A stretch of 64,000 nt of DNA, from assembly GCA_028534125.1 (NCBI GenBank), contig CM052818.1:31374001-31438000 (forward strand). Reading direction: 5' to 3'. The stretch is from Lama glama (lineage: Eukaryota). This document shows positions 14,300 through 27,336 of the stretch, piece by piece; the stretch's first letter is position 1, and each line of letters begins with the position of its first letter. The position numbers and the translations under genes were made by a program. The notes under the pieces are model-generated. The model did not search any database and was not told where the DNA came from. It was given only the letters and a program-made list of their open reading frames with translations.

Positions 14300-17200
14300 A
14301 GATTGAGTGATATCATATGGTATTTTCCTTTCTCTTTCTTCTTTAATTCACTTCGAATGACGATCTCCAGGTCCATCTATGTTGCTGCAAATGGCACTAA
14401 TTTATTATTTTTATGGCTGAGTAGTATTCCATTGTATAAATATCCCACAGCTTCTTTATCCAGTCATCTATTGATGGACATTTTGGTTATTTCTGTGTCT
14501 TGGCTATTGTAAATAGTGCTGCTATGAACATTGAGGTGCATGTATCTTTTTAAATTAGAGTCCCCTCCAGATATATGCCCAGGAGTGGGATTGCTGGATC
14601 ATATGGTAAGTCTATTTTTAATTTTTTGAGGAATCTTCATACTGTTTTCCATAATGGCTGCACCAATTTACATTCCCACCAACAGTACAGGAGGGTTCCC
14701 TTTTCTCCACACCCTCTCCAGCATCTTTATCATTTGTGGACTTTTGAATGATGGCCATTCTGACTGGTGTGAAGTGATACCTCATTGTAGTTTCGATTTC
14801 CATTTCTCTGATAATTAGCGATATTGAGCATTTTTTCATGTACCTATTGGCCATTTGTATGCCTTCACTGGAGAATTGCCTGTGTAGGTCTTCTGTCCAT
14901 TTTTGGATTGGGTTGTTTGTTTTTTTATTAAGTTGTATGAGCTGTTTATATTTTCTGGAAATTAAGCCCTTGTAACTCTTATCTTTTGTAACTATTTTCT
15001 CCCATTCCATAGGTTGTCTTTTCATTTTGATTATTGTTTCCTTTGCTGTACAAAAGCTTATGAGTTTAATTAGGTCCCATTTATTTTTGCTTTTATTTCC
15101 TAGATAGACTGCCCTAGGAGAACACTGCTAAGATTTATGTCAGATGATGTTTTCCCTATGTTTTCCTCCAGGAAGTTTAAAGTGTCTCGTCTTATGTTAA
15201 AGTCTTTAAGCCATTCTGAGTCAATTTTTGTGTACGGTGTGAGGGAGTATTCTAACTCAGTTGATATTTACATGCAGCTGTCCAATTTTTCCAACATTAC
15301 TTGCTGAAGAGACTGTCTTTACTCCATTGTATATTTTTGCCTCCTTTGTCAAAGATTAACTGGCCATAGATCTGTGGGTTTATTTCTGGGCTCTCTATTC
15401 TGTTCCTTTGATCCATATGACTGTTTTTGGGCCAATACCAAGCTGTTTTGATTACTGTAGCTCTGGAGTGTTGTCTTAAGTCTAGGAAGGTTATTCCTCC
15501 AGCTCTGTTCTTTTTCTTCAAAATTGCTTTGCCAATCCTGGGTTTTTTGTGATTCCATATAAATCTGAGGATTATTTGCTCTAGTTCTGTAAATAATGTT
15601 CGGGTAATCTGATACAGATTTCATTTAATCTGTAGATTGCTTTGGATAGTATGGTCATTTTAACAATATTAATTCTTCCAATCCAAGAGCATGGGGTATC
15701 TTTTCATTTCTTTAAATCATCTTTAATTTCCTTAGTGTTTTGTAGTTCTCCATGTATGTCTTTCACCTCCTCGGTCAGATTTATTTCCAAGTATTTTATT
15801 TTTTTGGATGTTATTTTAAAAGGGATTATATCTTTCCTTTCTTGATATTTCATTGTTAATGTAAAGAAATGCAACTGATTTCTGTATGTTAATCTTGTAT
15901 CCTGCTACCTTGCCAGATTCTTTTATTAGCTTTAGTAGTTGCTGTGTGGAGTCTTTAGGGTCTTCTATATATAGTACCATGTCATCTGCATATAGTGACA
16001 ATTTTACCTCTTCTCTTCCAATTTGGATCCCTTTTATTTCTTTTTCTTCTGTAACTGCTATGGCTAGGACTTCCAAGACTATGTTGAATAGAAATGGTGA
16101 GAGTGGGCATCCTTGTCTTGTTCCACATTTGAGTGGGAAGGCTTTCAGCTTTTTGTCATTGAGTATTGTGCTGACCATGGGTTTGTTATAAATAACTTTC
16201 ATTATGCTGAGATATGGTGCCTCTATACCCACTTTGGTAAGATTTTTTATTATAAGCGGGTGCTGAATTTTATCAAATGCCTTTTCTGTATCTATTGAGA
16301 TGATCATGTGATTCTTGTCCTTTCTTCTGTTGATGTGGTGTATCACATTGATTGATTTCCGTAGTATGTTGAACCATCCTTGTGTCCCTGGGATGAATCC
16401 AACTTGATCATAGTATGTGATCTTTTTTATGTGTTGTTGGATTCTGTTTGCTAATATTTTGTTGAGGATTTCTGTATCTATATTCATCAACGATATTGGC
16501 CTGTAATTTTCTTTTTTGGTAGTGTCTTTGTCTAGTTTTGGTATCAGGGCAATGGTGGCTTCATATGAAGTTCAGAGTATTCCCTCCTCTTCAATCTTTT
16601 GGAAGAGTTTGAGAAGGACTGGTATAAGTTCTTTATATGTTTGGTAGAATTCCCCAGTGAAGCCATCTGGTCCTGGACTTTTGTTTGCAGGGAGATTTTT
16701 CTTTACTGCTGATTTTATTTCGGTTCTCATGATCAAATTATCTATTCAAATTATCTGTTTCTTCTTGACTCAGTTTTGGTGGACTATATGTTTCTAGAAA
16801 CTTGTACATTTCTTCTAAGTTGTCCAAATTATTGCCATTGTTCGTAGTATTCTCTTATGATTTTTGTACTTCTATGGTGTTGGTTGTGGTCTCTCCATTT
16901 TCACTTCTTATTTTGTTTGTTTCCTCTCTCTTTTCTTCTTGGTCAGTCTGTTCAGAAGTTCGTTAATTTTGTTTACTCTTTCAAAAAAACAGCTCTTGGT
17001 TTGAATTTTTTTTCAATTTCTTAAAATCTCTGTTTTATTTATTTCCTCCCTGATCTTCATTATTTCTTTCCTTCTGCTGACTTTAGGTTTTGTTTGTCCT
17101 TCTTTTTCTAATCCTTTTAGGTGATAGGTTAGTTTATTTACTTGAGATCGTACTTGTTTGTTTTGTTTTGTTTTGTTTTGTTTTTGATGAAGGCCTGTAT

Positions 17201-18080
17201 CGCTATGAATTTCTCTCTTAGGGCTGCTATTGTTGGATTCCATAGATTTTGTATGGTTGTGTTTTGTCATTTGTCTCAAGGTATTTTTTAATTTCTTCTT
17301 TGATTTTATTGTTGACCCACTGGATTTTTAATAGCATGTTTCCATGCAGTTGTTTTGTCTTTTTTTTTTTTCCCCCTGTGGTTGATTTCTAATTTCATGC
17401 CATTGTAGTCAGAAAAGACAGTTGAAATAATTTCTCTCCTTTTAAGTTTGTTGAGGCTTCTTTTGTGTCCAAGTATGTGATCTATCCCAGAGAATGCTCC
17501 ATGAGCATCTGGAAAGAATGTATATTCTATTTGGGGGGATGTAATGTCCTAAAATTTTCAACTAAGTCCAACTGTTCTATGGTGTCATATGGTATCTCTG
17601 TTGCCTTATTGATTTTTTGTCTGGAAGATCTATCCAATGATTTTAATGGGGTGTTAAAGGCTCCGACTATTACTGTGTTCCCATCAGTTTCTCCCTTTAT
17701 GTCTGTTAGTATTTGTTTTATATATTTAGGTGCTCCTATACTGAGTGCATATATGTTAACAAGTGTAATATCCTCTTTTGTATTGCTCCTTTTATCATTA
17801 TATGGTGGCCATTTTTATCTTTCTTTATGACCTTTGTTTTAAAGTCTATTTTGTCTGATATGAGTATTGCTACCTCCATTTTCTTGTCATTTCCATTTGT
17901 GTGAAATATCTTTTTCCATACTCTCACTTTCAATTTATGTGTGTCCTCCCTAAAGTGGGTCTCTTGTAGGCAGCATATTGTAGGCTCTTGTTTTATAATC
18001 CAATCTGCCACTCTGTCTTTTGATTGGTGTATTTAGTCCATTGACATTCATGGTAATTACTGATGTGTGTTTACTGCCAT
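14300..18080 (-). pseudogene. L1 ORF2p (endonuclease-reverse transcriptase), disrupted
   Basis: Likely ATG at 18080 followed by the NVNGLN endonuclease motif. ORF2-like peptide fragments are collinear but lie in shifting frames. Confidence 0.9.
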
Positions 18081-18468
18081 TTTAAACTTTGTTTTCCAGT
18101 TGATTTGGTAGTTCTTCCTTGTTCCTTTCATTTTCTTTTTCTTTTTGTGGTTTGATAATTTTCTTTTGTGTTAGCTTGATTTCCTTTTAGTTTTTGTGAC
18201 TCCATTGTATGCTTTTGATTTGTGGTTATCTTGTTTTTCAAGTATGTTAATCCATTACTAGATCTGTTTGTTTTAGACTGGTATTTATATAGGCTCAAAT
18301 ACATCGTAAGAAGAATGAAAAGAAAATCTACATTTTCTTGCTCCCCTCTCCCACCTTTTATGATTTTGATGTCCTCTTTTACATCTTCATGTTTATTCTC
18401 TTGCACCTCATTGTAGTTAATGCATTTCCAAGTATGGTTTTTTCTCTTTTCTATAGCTTCCTTTCTAT

Positions 18469-19314
18469 TTAAAGTAGAACTTCCAATATTTCTTTTAGGA
18501 TAAGTTTAGTATTGCTGAATTCTTTTAGTTTTTGCTTGTCTGTGAAATTCTCTCTCCTTCTATGCTAAGGAAGGTTGCAGCTTTTTGTCATTCAGGACTT
18601 TGAATGTATCTTGCCACTCCCTTCTCACTAGCAGTGTTCGTGTAGAGAAATCAGCTGAAAGCCTATGGGGGTTCCTTTGTAACTAATGCTTTGTTTTTCT
18701 CTTGCTGCCTTTAAAATCTTTTAACTTTGGTCATCTTAATTATAGTATGTCCTGGCGTAGGTCTGTTGGGGTTCATCTTGTTTGGGATCCTCTGTGCTTG
18801 TACTTGGATATCTGATTCTTCCTTTAGGTTTGGGAAATTTTCAGTCATGATTTCTTCAAATACCTTTTCAATCCCCTTTCCTCTTTCTTCTCTTTCTGGT
18901 ACCCATATTACACATAGATTGCACACTTTATATTATCCCATAAGTCCGTTATATTGCTTTCATTGGTTTTCCTTTGCTTTTCTGTCTGCTGTTCTGATTG
19001 GGTGATTTCTATTATCATGTCTTCTAAATCACTTATTCATTATTCTACATTATTTAGTTTGCTTTTGATTGCCTTTATCTTGGCTTTTATCTCAACAATT
19101 GAGTTTTCTGATTTTAACTGGCTCCTCTTTATAGTTTCTATTTCCATTTTACAGTATTATGCATTTCTACTGATAGTCTTATTTCCTTCACTGCTTTTAT
19201 CATCTCCTTTTTGAAGTGAGGATCTAGTAGATTGTCAAGGTCTATTTCATTGTTTGTTATTTTAGGGGACTTCTCTCGTTCTTTTCTTTGGGAGTGGTTC
19301 CTCTGCTTCTTCAT
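18469..19314 (-). pseudogene. L1 ORF1p, disrupted
   Basis: Likely start MKKQRNHSQ at 19314, RRM-region peptide in the ORF track, and terminal LKEILEVLL* at 18469. Confidence 0.8.
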
Positions 19315-20339
19315 TTTACTTTTATTTTGCTGACTCTATGAATTTTGGAGTAACAGTTATCTACTGTGGTCTTGAAGGGCTTTTTTTTTTTTTTTAAGTG
19401 GCAGCACCCCTGTGTAGACTGTTTGCATCTAATTATTTTGTTGTGAGGGTTGTTTTTAGTATGGATGGTTGCCATGTTTTTCCCCCAAGTGTGCTGGCTG
19501 TTATCTCCTTGACTGGGGGTGCATTTGGTGTTGTGGTGATCACAGCCTGCCCAGGTTGTTGAGTGGGGTAACATCATTTCTGATGACAGGACCAAGTAGG
19601 TAATGTATCAACTTCTTTTTAAATAGCCACATTTGCTTTCCACACTGTTACAGAAAAATGTAAACTAGAGAACTTTCTAAATATTCAAATAATTCCTATT
19701 TACCTTCATTTAATAGGAGGAGTGTTTATAAAATATTATTAAATTTATTACACACATTTTAGGATTAAATTTTAGCCAGTGCTAATTATAACATGTCGGG
19801 AAAAAAAATTAACCACATTGATTAAAATTCTATTTATAAAGGAAAAACCTAAACCACAGAAACAGTGCTTAGTTTAGAACAAGTATACGTACATAACTGC
19901 CAAATGCAATCCCTGTTTAGATGTTGCCCTTACTGAAACACTGCAATTACAAAAAACCAGAATGAATTTCCAAGTGTTTCAGGATGAAATGGTCCTGGCA
20001 TAATTTTCAAGACATGTAATTACTTTCCTGAAAAGGTAAATACTCTAAGTTTTAATTTAATATAATACTTACTCTAGAAGTTAACACAGATTGAACATTC
20101 GGTTTTTCTCAAAAATGGAAGCTGCCTATGAAATTCAGAACCTTTTAAATTAACAATCATATGCTAACCAAAGAAAAATTATTGGGAGACAAAGGCCAAT
20201 GCTACTTCCTACAGCCGTTTATGAATAATGCAAACCCCCAAGCTTACTGAATAGGTTTTGAAGATTCCTCATGTACATTAAGTGAACATCTGCCCAACAG
20301 AGAAATGCATAAGAACACAGTGTCTCTCACTTCCCACTA

Positions 20340-21730
20340 CCTCTTCAATCAACTACAATCCAGCTTGTTGCCTCTACCACTCCACTGAAACCATGTCAAT
20401 GAAAAGTCCACTTTCACACTGCCTCATTTTACTCTCCCTCTTGGTAGCACTCTACATGAATGGCCACCTTCTCTTTAAAACACTCGCCTGTCTTGGCTTT
20501 TGTGATACCACTGTCCAGGTTTTCTTCTGATATCACTGCTCCTTCTCTCAGGGTATTCTTGGTTGGCTCCTCCTCCTCTACTGGACCTCTAAATGTCAGG
20601 GCTTCCCACCATTCAGATGTTGGTTGTCTTCTCTCTATCCTTTTCCTCCTCCCTTCTTCCTCTTCATTATCCTCATGCTGATCTTTCCAAAATATATCTC
20701 CAATACAATCCTCTCCTCTGAGCTCAACTCACAGATTCAGCTGATTACCTAGGTATCTAACAGTTTTATTAAACTGAACACATCCAGAATAACTGTCATG
20801 ATTATTCCTCCCCTTCCTCTACTCCCCACACAGCCCTTGTTTTTCCCACCTCTGTAAATGGTATCAGCAACCATCCAGATTCTCTTCCAAGAAACCCAGG
20901 GGTTATCTTTCATTCTTTCCTTTCCCTCACTCCCAAAATCCAATTAACAAGAGACCTGTCAACTGAATCTCCAAAATATATCCTAAATCCACCACTTTCC
21001 ATCAATTTGCATTGACAGCAGCTTAATACAAGCTATAATCATCTTTTGCTTGGACTACTCTGACATCACCTCTTTCATTTTTGGCAAAACCATACTGCCA
21101 CCCACCTACTCATAACCAGTCCTTTATACTATGGCAAAAAAAAAAAAATCTTAAAATGTGAATCTGATTATATCATTTCCCTGTCTAAGAGCCTTTAATG
21201 GTTTTCCATTAAGCCTAGATTAAAAATCAAATCCCCACCAAAATCTACAAGTCTTACATGAGTTGGCTCTCACATGTCTTTCCAAATGTATCCTCTCCCA
21301 ACCCTCTTCACCTACACTCCTGTCAGGTTTTCCAGCAGGCCACTTTCTGCCTCAGGGCTTTGTACAAATTGCCTTTGCTGCCTTGATGGTCTTCTCAGAC
21401 TTTTTGCTTAACTACCTTTCTGTTTTCCTTTCAAGTGTCAGGTTGATGTCATTTCCTAGGAGAAGCTTTCACTAAGGCTGATCACTGCTTAAATCTACCC
21501 TTCATAGCCAGTCTGTTCCTCAGCCCTAATTGGTTCTTTTATAGCTCTCATTACAACTTACAGTTATTTTCTTCATTTCTCTGTTGTCCTGTTTTCAGCC
21601 TGTCACTCCCTCCAGAATTTTAGTTCTACAGTTCTTTAGCTTTGAGGACCATGCTGATATTGTTCACTATTATAGCCTCAGCATAAAACCCAGTATACTT
21701 GGGAAGAGGTCTATTATTATTTGTGAAAAG
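20340..21730 (+). mobile_element. LINE-2 fragment
   Basis: Pyrimidine-rich L2 motifs (CACTCCACTGAAAC, CTCTCCTCTGAGCTC, TGGACTACT) ending in a degenerate L2 3' tail. Confidence 0.75.
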
Positions 21731-22199
21731 GCCTGGTATAAAAAAGGAGGAAAGTCTGATAAATTGCTACTACCATTTTATATTATTTTCAGGAATTCAA
21801 AAGCAGGTATAAACAAATATGGTTCAGTTGATCAAAATGTCTTTCAATTCTGGTCCTTTTACTATTTTTGAATTTATATGGGGTCCTTTCTACTTTAAGA
21901 GAGTAAAAATAAAACAAATATAAAAGTATAAAAAAAAAGTCTCCCTTAATATTCATAGAACATTTTCTAGTCTTGAAAGTGTGCTTTCAAACTTTTACCT
22001 CAACTAAATTATAGAAAACAGGTATTATTTCCATTTTATATAAATCATTAAGGCTCAGAGAGGTCAATGAATTCCCTAAAATAACAGTTTTTTAAAGGTA
22101 CAGCTGAAGTTTGAACCCAGTTCTCCTGGCTCCCGATCCAGTCAGTCCTTGTTTCTTTTACTTTTTTTTGTTTGTTTTGTTTTGGTACACACTCTCAGC

Positions 22200-22655
22200 C
22201 TTTTTAAAACTGAAGCATACAATAAAATATACAAATCCTAAGTGCACATCTTGATGAATTTTTACAAAGTAGGTATACCCAGATCAAGACAGAACATTAC
22301 CTATGACCAGAAGCCTCCTTTATGCATGTTCCCTGTTAGTCATTAATTCTCCCCAATGGTGACCACTAATCTGACTCCCAGGACTATATTCTTGAGAGTT
22401 AGCCTTACTTGTTTTTTTTAAAGTTTATCAACAAGTGGAATCAACAAGTGTCTCCATACTATCTGTTTTTCTCAGCTCAAAATTATGTTTGTGAGATTGA
22501 TCCATATTAATAAGTGTAACAATGGTCCATTCTTTTCATTGCTGTATAGCATTTTGTTGTATAAATATATCCAAAATGTTTCTATTCTACTGGTAGACAT
22601 TTGAGTATTTTCCAGGTTTTAGCTATTATGAATAACACTGTTATGAACATTCTTG
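22200..22655 (-). mobile_element. L1M 3'UTR fragment inserted within or next to MIR sequence
   Basis: Reverse-strand L1M motifs (TTTTCATTGCTGTATAG, GCTATTATGAATAACACTGTTATGAACATTC). Confidence 0.65.
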
Positions 22656-23055
22656 TTTTGTAAATGAAGAAGCTAAGACCCAGAAGGGAAAATGACTAAG
22701 TCAAAGAAAACAGCAATTGTGCCACCCAACTAGATTCCAGAAGGCCTCATTTCCCCTTTACTGTGATATAATCAACAGTCAAAAGTCCATCTGAATCTTA
22801 AAGATTTTTCAATGCTTGGAAAATAAAATACAAAACCAACTCTGAATTACAAATACTATGCCAAATATTACTGTAGTTTCTGATTACCAAAGTTACTTCT
22901 TTAAAAACTTTTACAATAAATGTAATTTTTCCTAATGTATGGTATTGAATGAGATTAAGATGTCTGGGGAAAAAAATATTTTCTTTTAAACATTTTTCCC
23001 TTTTTTTCTTTCTTTTTTTTTTTTTCTTTTAAGCCCAGTATTTTATCCTTGGTGG

Positions 23056-23169
23056 TTTTTTGGGGGGGTGGGGAAAGGTGGTTATTTATTTTTAATGGAG
23101 GTACTGGGGATTGAACCCAGAGCCTTGTGCATGCTAAGCCTGCACTCTACCACTGAGCTATAACCTCCA
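23056..23169 (-). mobile_element. tRNA-Ala-derived SINE (camelid vic-1-like)
   Basis: Minus strand reads TAGCTCAGTGGTAGAG...CTTAGCATG...GGTTCAATCCCCAGTACCTCCA (A box, AGC anticodon loop, B box), then an AAAT/C-rich/A tail. Confidence 0.85.
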
Positions 23170-24285
23170 CTTTATTTTCATACATATCACTACTCCACAG
23201 AGATTTATCTAATTTATAGTAAAATAAAATTCTGGGTCCCAAGTTGGGAATTCCATCAAAATACGGACAGAGAATAGAGTACCAAATTATGAGCAAGTAG
23301 CATTCCAAAACTTTGCAATAAGTCAGCTGTTTGGAATTCAGAATGCATTTTCTCAAAGAAATTATATGATACATACATGATCAAGTTTTTAGGTCATCCT
23401 ACAAAAAGCCAATTTCACTCATACATACCTAAAAAAATAGCATTAATAACAATATAGTCTTTAACCACTGTGAATAAACACCTAACTTGGAATAATGATT
23501 TATAACACTCCAATCTCTTGTATTAACTCATAAACTGTGGGACGCCCTCTTCTATCCCCTTGTCTTTTCTTCCAAACGCAACCAGCTTATACCAATTTTT
23601 TAATCCCTCACCAACACTGTACTTTATGCTCCCAGATCCTGGGCCACAGAATTCAAGACAACAACTTACCCCACAATTCCTACCCCTTAAATAACTCTTT
23701 GAGATTTTTGCTACTAGAAAAACCTTTGGGAGAAGAAAGACACGGAGAAATATAAAAAACAAATGGGGGGGGTGGAAACAAAAGTGTCAAAAATCCTAAA
23801 AAGTAGTTATTCTATTTTCAAGATGTATCAAAAGGCACATGGAGTTACATGGTATTTTTTTTTCTAAGCTCCTATTTTTTTTGGAAATAGTCTTCTCTAG
23901 AGCTTAGCTCAATCCTTCTAGACTTTTTAAAATCCCAGGCTGGGCACTTCTGAATATCTCCCCTTTCATTTGGAAAGCTGTTATTTTGTTCCTTCTCACA
24001 TTCCCTCTCATTTCTCACTGGAGAAAAATAAAGAAAGGGGCATGTTGTTAAGAAATCTTTAGGTAAACACAGAACTGAAAAATACAGGAGAGATGGAGCC
24101 TAAGGAGTAGTCAGGCTATTAAAGTCACTATTAATCTGTAACTTATTAAATACAATTTAGAAACTATGTACAAATGATTTGAAGCAAAGAAACAGTTTTA
24201 TAAATTGTCACCAGACTAGTTTCCAGAAATAAGAAAAACCTACCTTATATATCACAATACAATATTCCTTCATTCTAAGGCTCAC

Positions 24286-24523
24286 CTTATCTTTCCAACA
24301 GTTACGCTGAAGATGAATCCTATACTGTCCCTGTACAACCAACACTGACTTGAGTATACCACAAATAGGTAGAATCCAGGGGATCAAAAAGCCAGCACTA
24401 CCAATTTGATAAAATTAATAGCAATAAATGGAGAAATCAATGTCTACTTGGTCTAGGTGGTGAAAATCAAAAGGACAGAGATATACGAGCCTCAAAATCC
24501 AATGAAAAAGATGGTAAATGACT
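24286..24523 (-). other. Candidate non-coding 5'UTR exon (238 nt)
   Basis: Acceptor TTTTGGCTTTCTTTTGGCTTTCAG|AGT and donor GATAAG|GTGAGC. No ATG on the minus strand across 238 AT-rich nt, multiple stop codons, and no repeat similarity I recognise. Confidence 0.6.
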
Positions 24524-25271
24524 CTGAAAGCCAAAAGAAAGCCAAAAGTCATAAACGCCCTCAAAGAGTTCTTAAGCACGGGACTTAGCAGTGGACGTTC
24601 CACAGAAATAAAACCAGGAAGGTAAGACTGTATCATTCTGTCAAATAAGTCTTATTTAAAATAAGTATCTTATGGACCAAAACTTGTTAACAGACTAAAA
24701 TATTTAAGTACAAATTAGTAGTAAACTACCACTTCTGTGAATAAAGCTAACAAGAAACCACACACTTAAGCGTAGCAATGTAAAAATAATGTATCTAAAA
24801 GCAATCTGAGCTAGCTTGACAGGGACAACTAATCATCCCGTCAGAGAGCTGCCAACCTGTAAACAATTAAAAATTACCTTAACCTAGCCATTACTATTTT
24901 ATATAAGCTGGTCCTGGTTCCACCACTTACTGTATGAATTTAGACAAGTTGTTTAACCTCTCTGGGTCTCAATTTCTACACTTGTAAAACAGAACTAAAG
25001 ATGGTACCTACCTGACAATGATTGTGAAAATTAAATGACATAGTAAACTGTTTTGAGCAGCTCCAGAAACAGAGTTAAGTGTTCAATAAAGTTTAGCTAC
25101 TGAGGGAGGCAGGGAGAAAGGGAACTAAACCTGGACCTATTGACTAGAGACTTCTTTAAAGTTTAAAATTAGCCTATGGCTAGCCCCAGAAAATGCTTCT
25201 GCTTGAGTAATGGAAAAAGCTACCTTGCGGAAACATGAAGCCCTGACATGACCTAATTTATATATCCATAT

Positions 25272-25683
25272 TGTTTAAGGGGCCCACTTGCTTGACTCAG
25301 TTGCCCAACCTAGCATGACCACATTGTTTAAGGGTCCCCAGTTACCTAATCTTGTTTTTGCAGAGTGTTTGTTCCACAGAGCAGAACAAACTGAAAAGCA
25401 AGCAGGAAAATAGTAGCCAGTGAGAAGGAGGCAAGAAGGTAGATAAAAGGACACAGTCGGGACCCCAAAAGCAAGAAATCTTACGTCAAGCCACCTGGGC
25501 TTATGGCTCCCCCATGGGAGTGTCTTTCTACTTGAGTATCTTTTCCTCTTTTCCTTTTTTGAGCCGTAAAGCAGCTCTGACACTGCCCCTTTGTCTCCAC
25601 TGTGAATTCTTTCATGGCTGGAAGACAAGAACCTACTCTTTGGGGTTCTCCCCCTTTTAGGGGGGCTTCCCCATCTGCTAACG
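25272..25683 (+). mobile_element. ERV1-like solo LTR
   Basis: TG start, TATA-like GATAAAAG ~25442, U5-like TGAATTCTTTC...ACAAGAACC, ends GCTAAC(G), about 410 bp. Confidence 0.6.
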
Positions 25684-26532
25684 CTACTATTGTTTTCTCC
25701 AAACTGATGCATACAAAAGTTACTTGAAGTCACATCCATGGCTTAATAATACCTTTGAAACCTTCACAACCTTCAAGACAGTGCTAAACACTATGGATGC
25801 TTATTATTTATTGACTGAAGACTAATAACTCATATAGAATCTAGAACCTTGAAGCTGAAGGAGATTTTAGAAGTCATCTGGAACAATTTCACTTAATTCA
25901 ATACTAAGGCTCATCGGATATTATCAAATCTTCGCTCTAACACTTCCAGGAAAAGAAACTTGTCTTCTCAACAAGACATAAAAACAGGCCTAATTACTAG
26001 AATGTTCCTTTCAAAGATTTCATTGTACTAATTACTGCCTCTCATAACTTTTTATCTGAAAGTCTGAATTCACTAGAGGGCATCACAATATTAGGAGAAA
26101 TCATCTATCAGAAAAAAATCATGAAAAGGAAAGAATCATTCAACATTTATTCTGGCTAATAGAGAAATACTACACCCAACTGTATAAAACATGCATGTTA
26201 ATTTAAAGTTATTCTATTTAAACATACATTAAAATGTTCAGAATGAATTAAAAGAAAGCCAGTTATAAAATCATAATTTACATATCCTTGTGTATAAGGT
26301 AAGTAATACAGATTATTATAAAGTTTGGGCTCTTTCCAACCCCATAATAAGGCCTCCCAAAATTTTTAGGCAGTTTTCATAATAATAATAAGAGAAAAGC
26401 ACACAAAACCAGAGTGCATTTATTATTGCCCCTTGCAGCCACAAGCCAAAAAGTCACCACCAGATTTCCATACAAAGACCCAATGCCAAAATGAAAATTA
26501 TCAACTTCTACAAGAAAATTCAAACCTGGATC

Positions 26533-26581
26533 TGTATGTATATGTATATATGTGTGTATGTGTGTATGTATATATGTATAT

Positions 26582-26643
<62 letters not shown>
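26533..26643. repeat. Compound (TATG/TG)n-(TA)n microsatellite
   Basis: Directly visible, with a pure TA run of about 50 bp at ~26591-26643. Confidence 0.97.
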
Positions 26644-26649
<6 letters not shown>

Positions 26650-27220
26650 AATGAACAATAAAAAATATCCAGTCCAGGCAAACTATTTTCCAAGAGGAAA
26701 CACCTGCTCTCTGTTAATTGGTGAGGCCACGGGTAAACTGTACACAAAAATCAACTATATTCAGAGACAACAAATCATTACACAATGTTTTAAACTCCAG
26801 AGAGGATGGAAAGAAAGGCACAACTGTGATTTGTTTAATGCAAAAAGTTTTAGGCAACACCTGATCCACAGCTAATCTTTTCTCTTCCTCATCTCTGTGA
26901 CTTAAAAGTCTCACTTAATGCATTAGCTAAACATGGCACAAAAGATTCCATTACAAGTTGAGGGGACAGGGTTGGTGGGGTCAAGGAAAGAATGCTGGCA
27001 AGACTCAAAGAAGCAAAATTATTCTAGTAGGGTTTTGGGGGTTTTTCCCAAAACTATTTAGGATAACTGAAAATAACTGAAATGAGTATGAAAGGTAATC
27101 ACCTCCTGTCTCTCTGCAAAAAATATTTCTAAGACCTGGTCTACCAAAAATATTTTGTATCAAACCTATCTGAATGCCGTTAAAATACCTATAAGGAAGG
27201 CAGGCAATAAGACAGTTTAC

Positions 27221-27336
27221 CAAATGCAAGAACAATCTGCATTCTGACTCTGGGGGCACTTCCATTTTTATAAGAAAATGGTTTCCATTTTCCTGAGCAA
27301 CTTCTGATGAAGTTGTTGGTCCATGGTTCTTTCCTC
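27221..27336 (-). other. Weak candidate alternative exon (116 nt)
   Basis: Acceptor CTTCTTTTTCTGAGGCCTACACAG|GAG and donor TTG|GTAAAC. Splice-site motifs only. Confidence 0.25.

Larger units (their letters stand above)
13978..19595 (-). mobile_element. Near-full-length, inactivated LINE-1 (cetartiodactyl/camelid type)
   Basis: Poly-T tail at ~13980 and 3'UTR. ORF2 remnants include the endonuclease (TICCLQETH, 17736-18011), RT (QGCPLSP, YADD, 15816-16490) and Cys-rich C-terminus (14618-15025). ORF1 remnant (IMTENFPNL, 18711-18926) and partial 5'UTR. Many frameshifts and stops. Confidence 0.95.

Noticed and set aside
15816..16490. 224-aa RT ORF as a functional or novel reverse transcriptase system
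   Set aside because: It is a frameshift-bounded piece of ordinary L1 ORF2p.
23096..23169. tRNA-Ala(AGC) genes here and at 58.4 and 59.4 kb
   Set aside because: Mismatched stems, A-rich tails and a TSD at one copy mark them as SINEs.
24440..24627. Plus-strand exon ending at AAG|GTAAGA (~24621)
   Set aside because: The frames I checked stop before the donor and no plus-strand promoter or partner exons are evident.
25275..25739. 154-aa ORF
   Set aside because: Antisense reading of a solo LTR, with no recognisable domain.
26377..26747. IYIYIY-repeat ORFs
   Set aside because: Translation of the (TA)n microsatellite.
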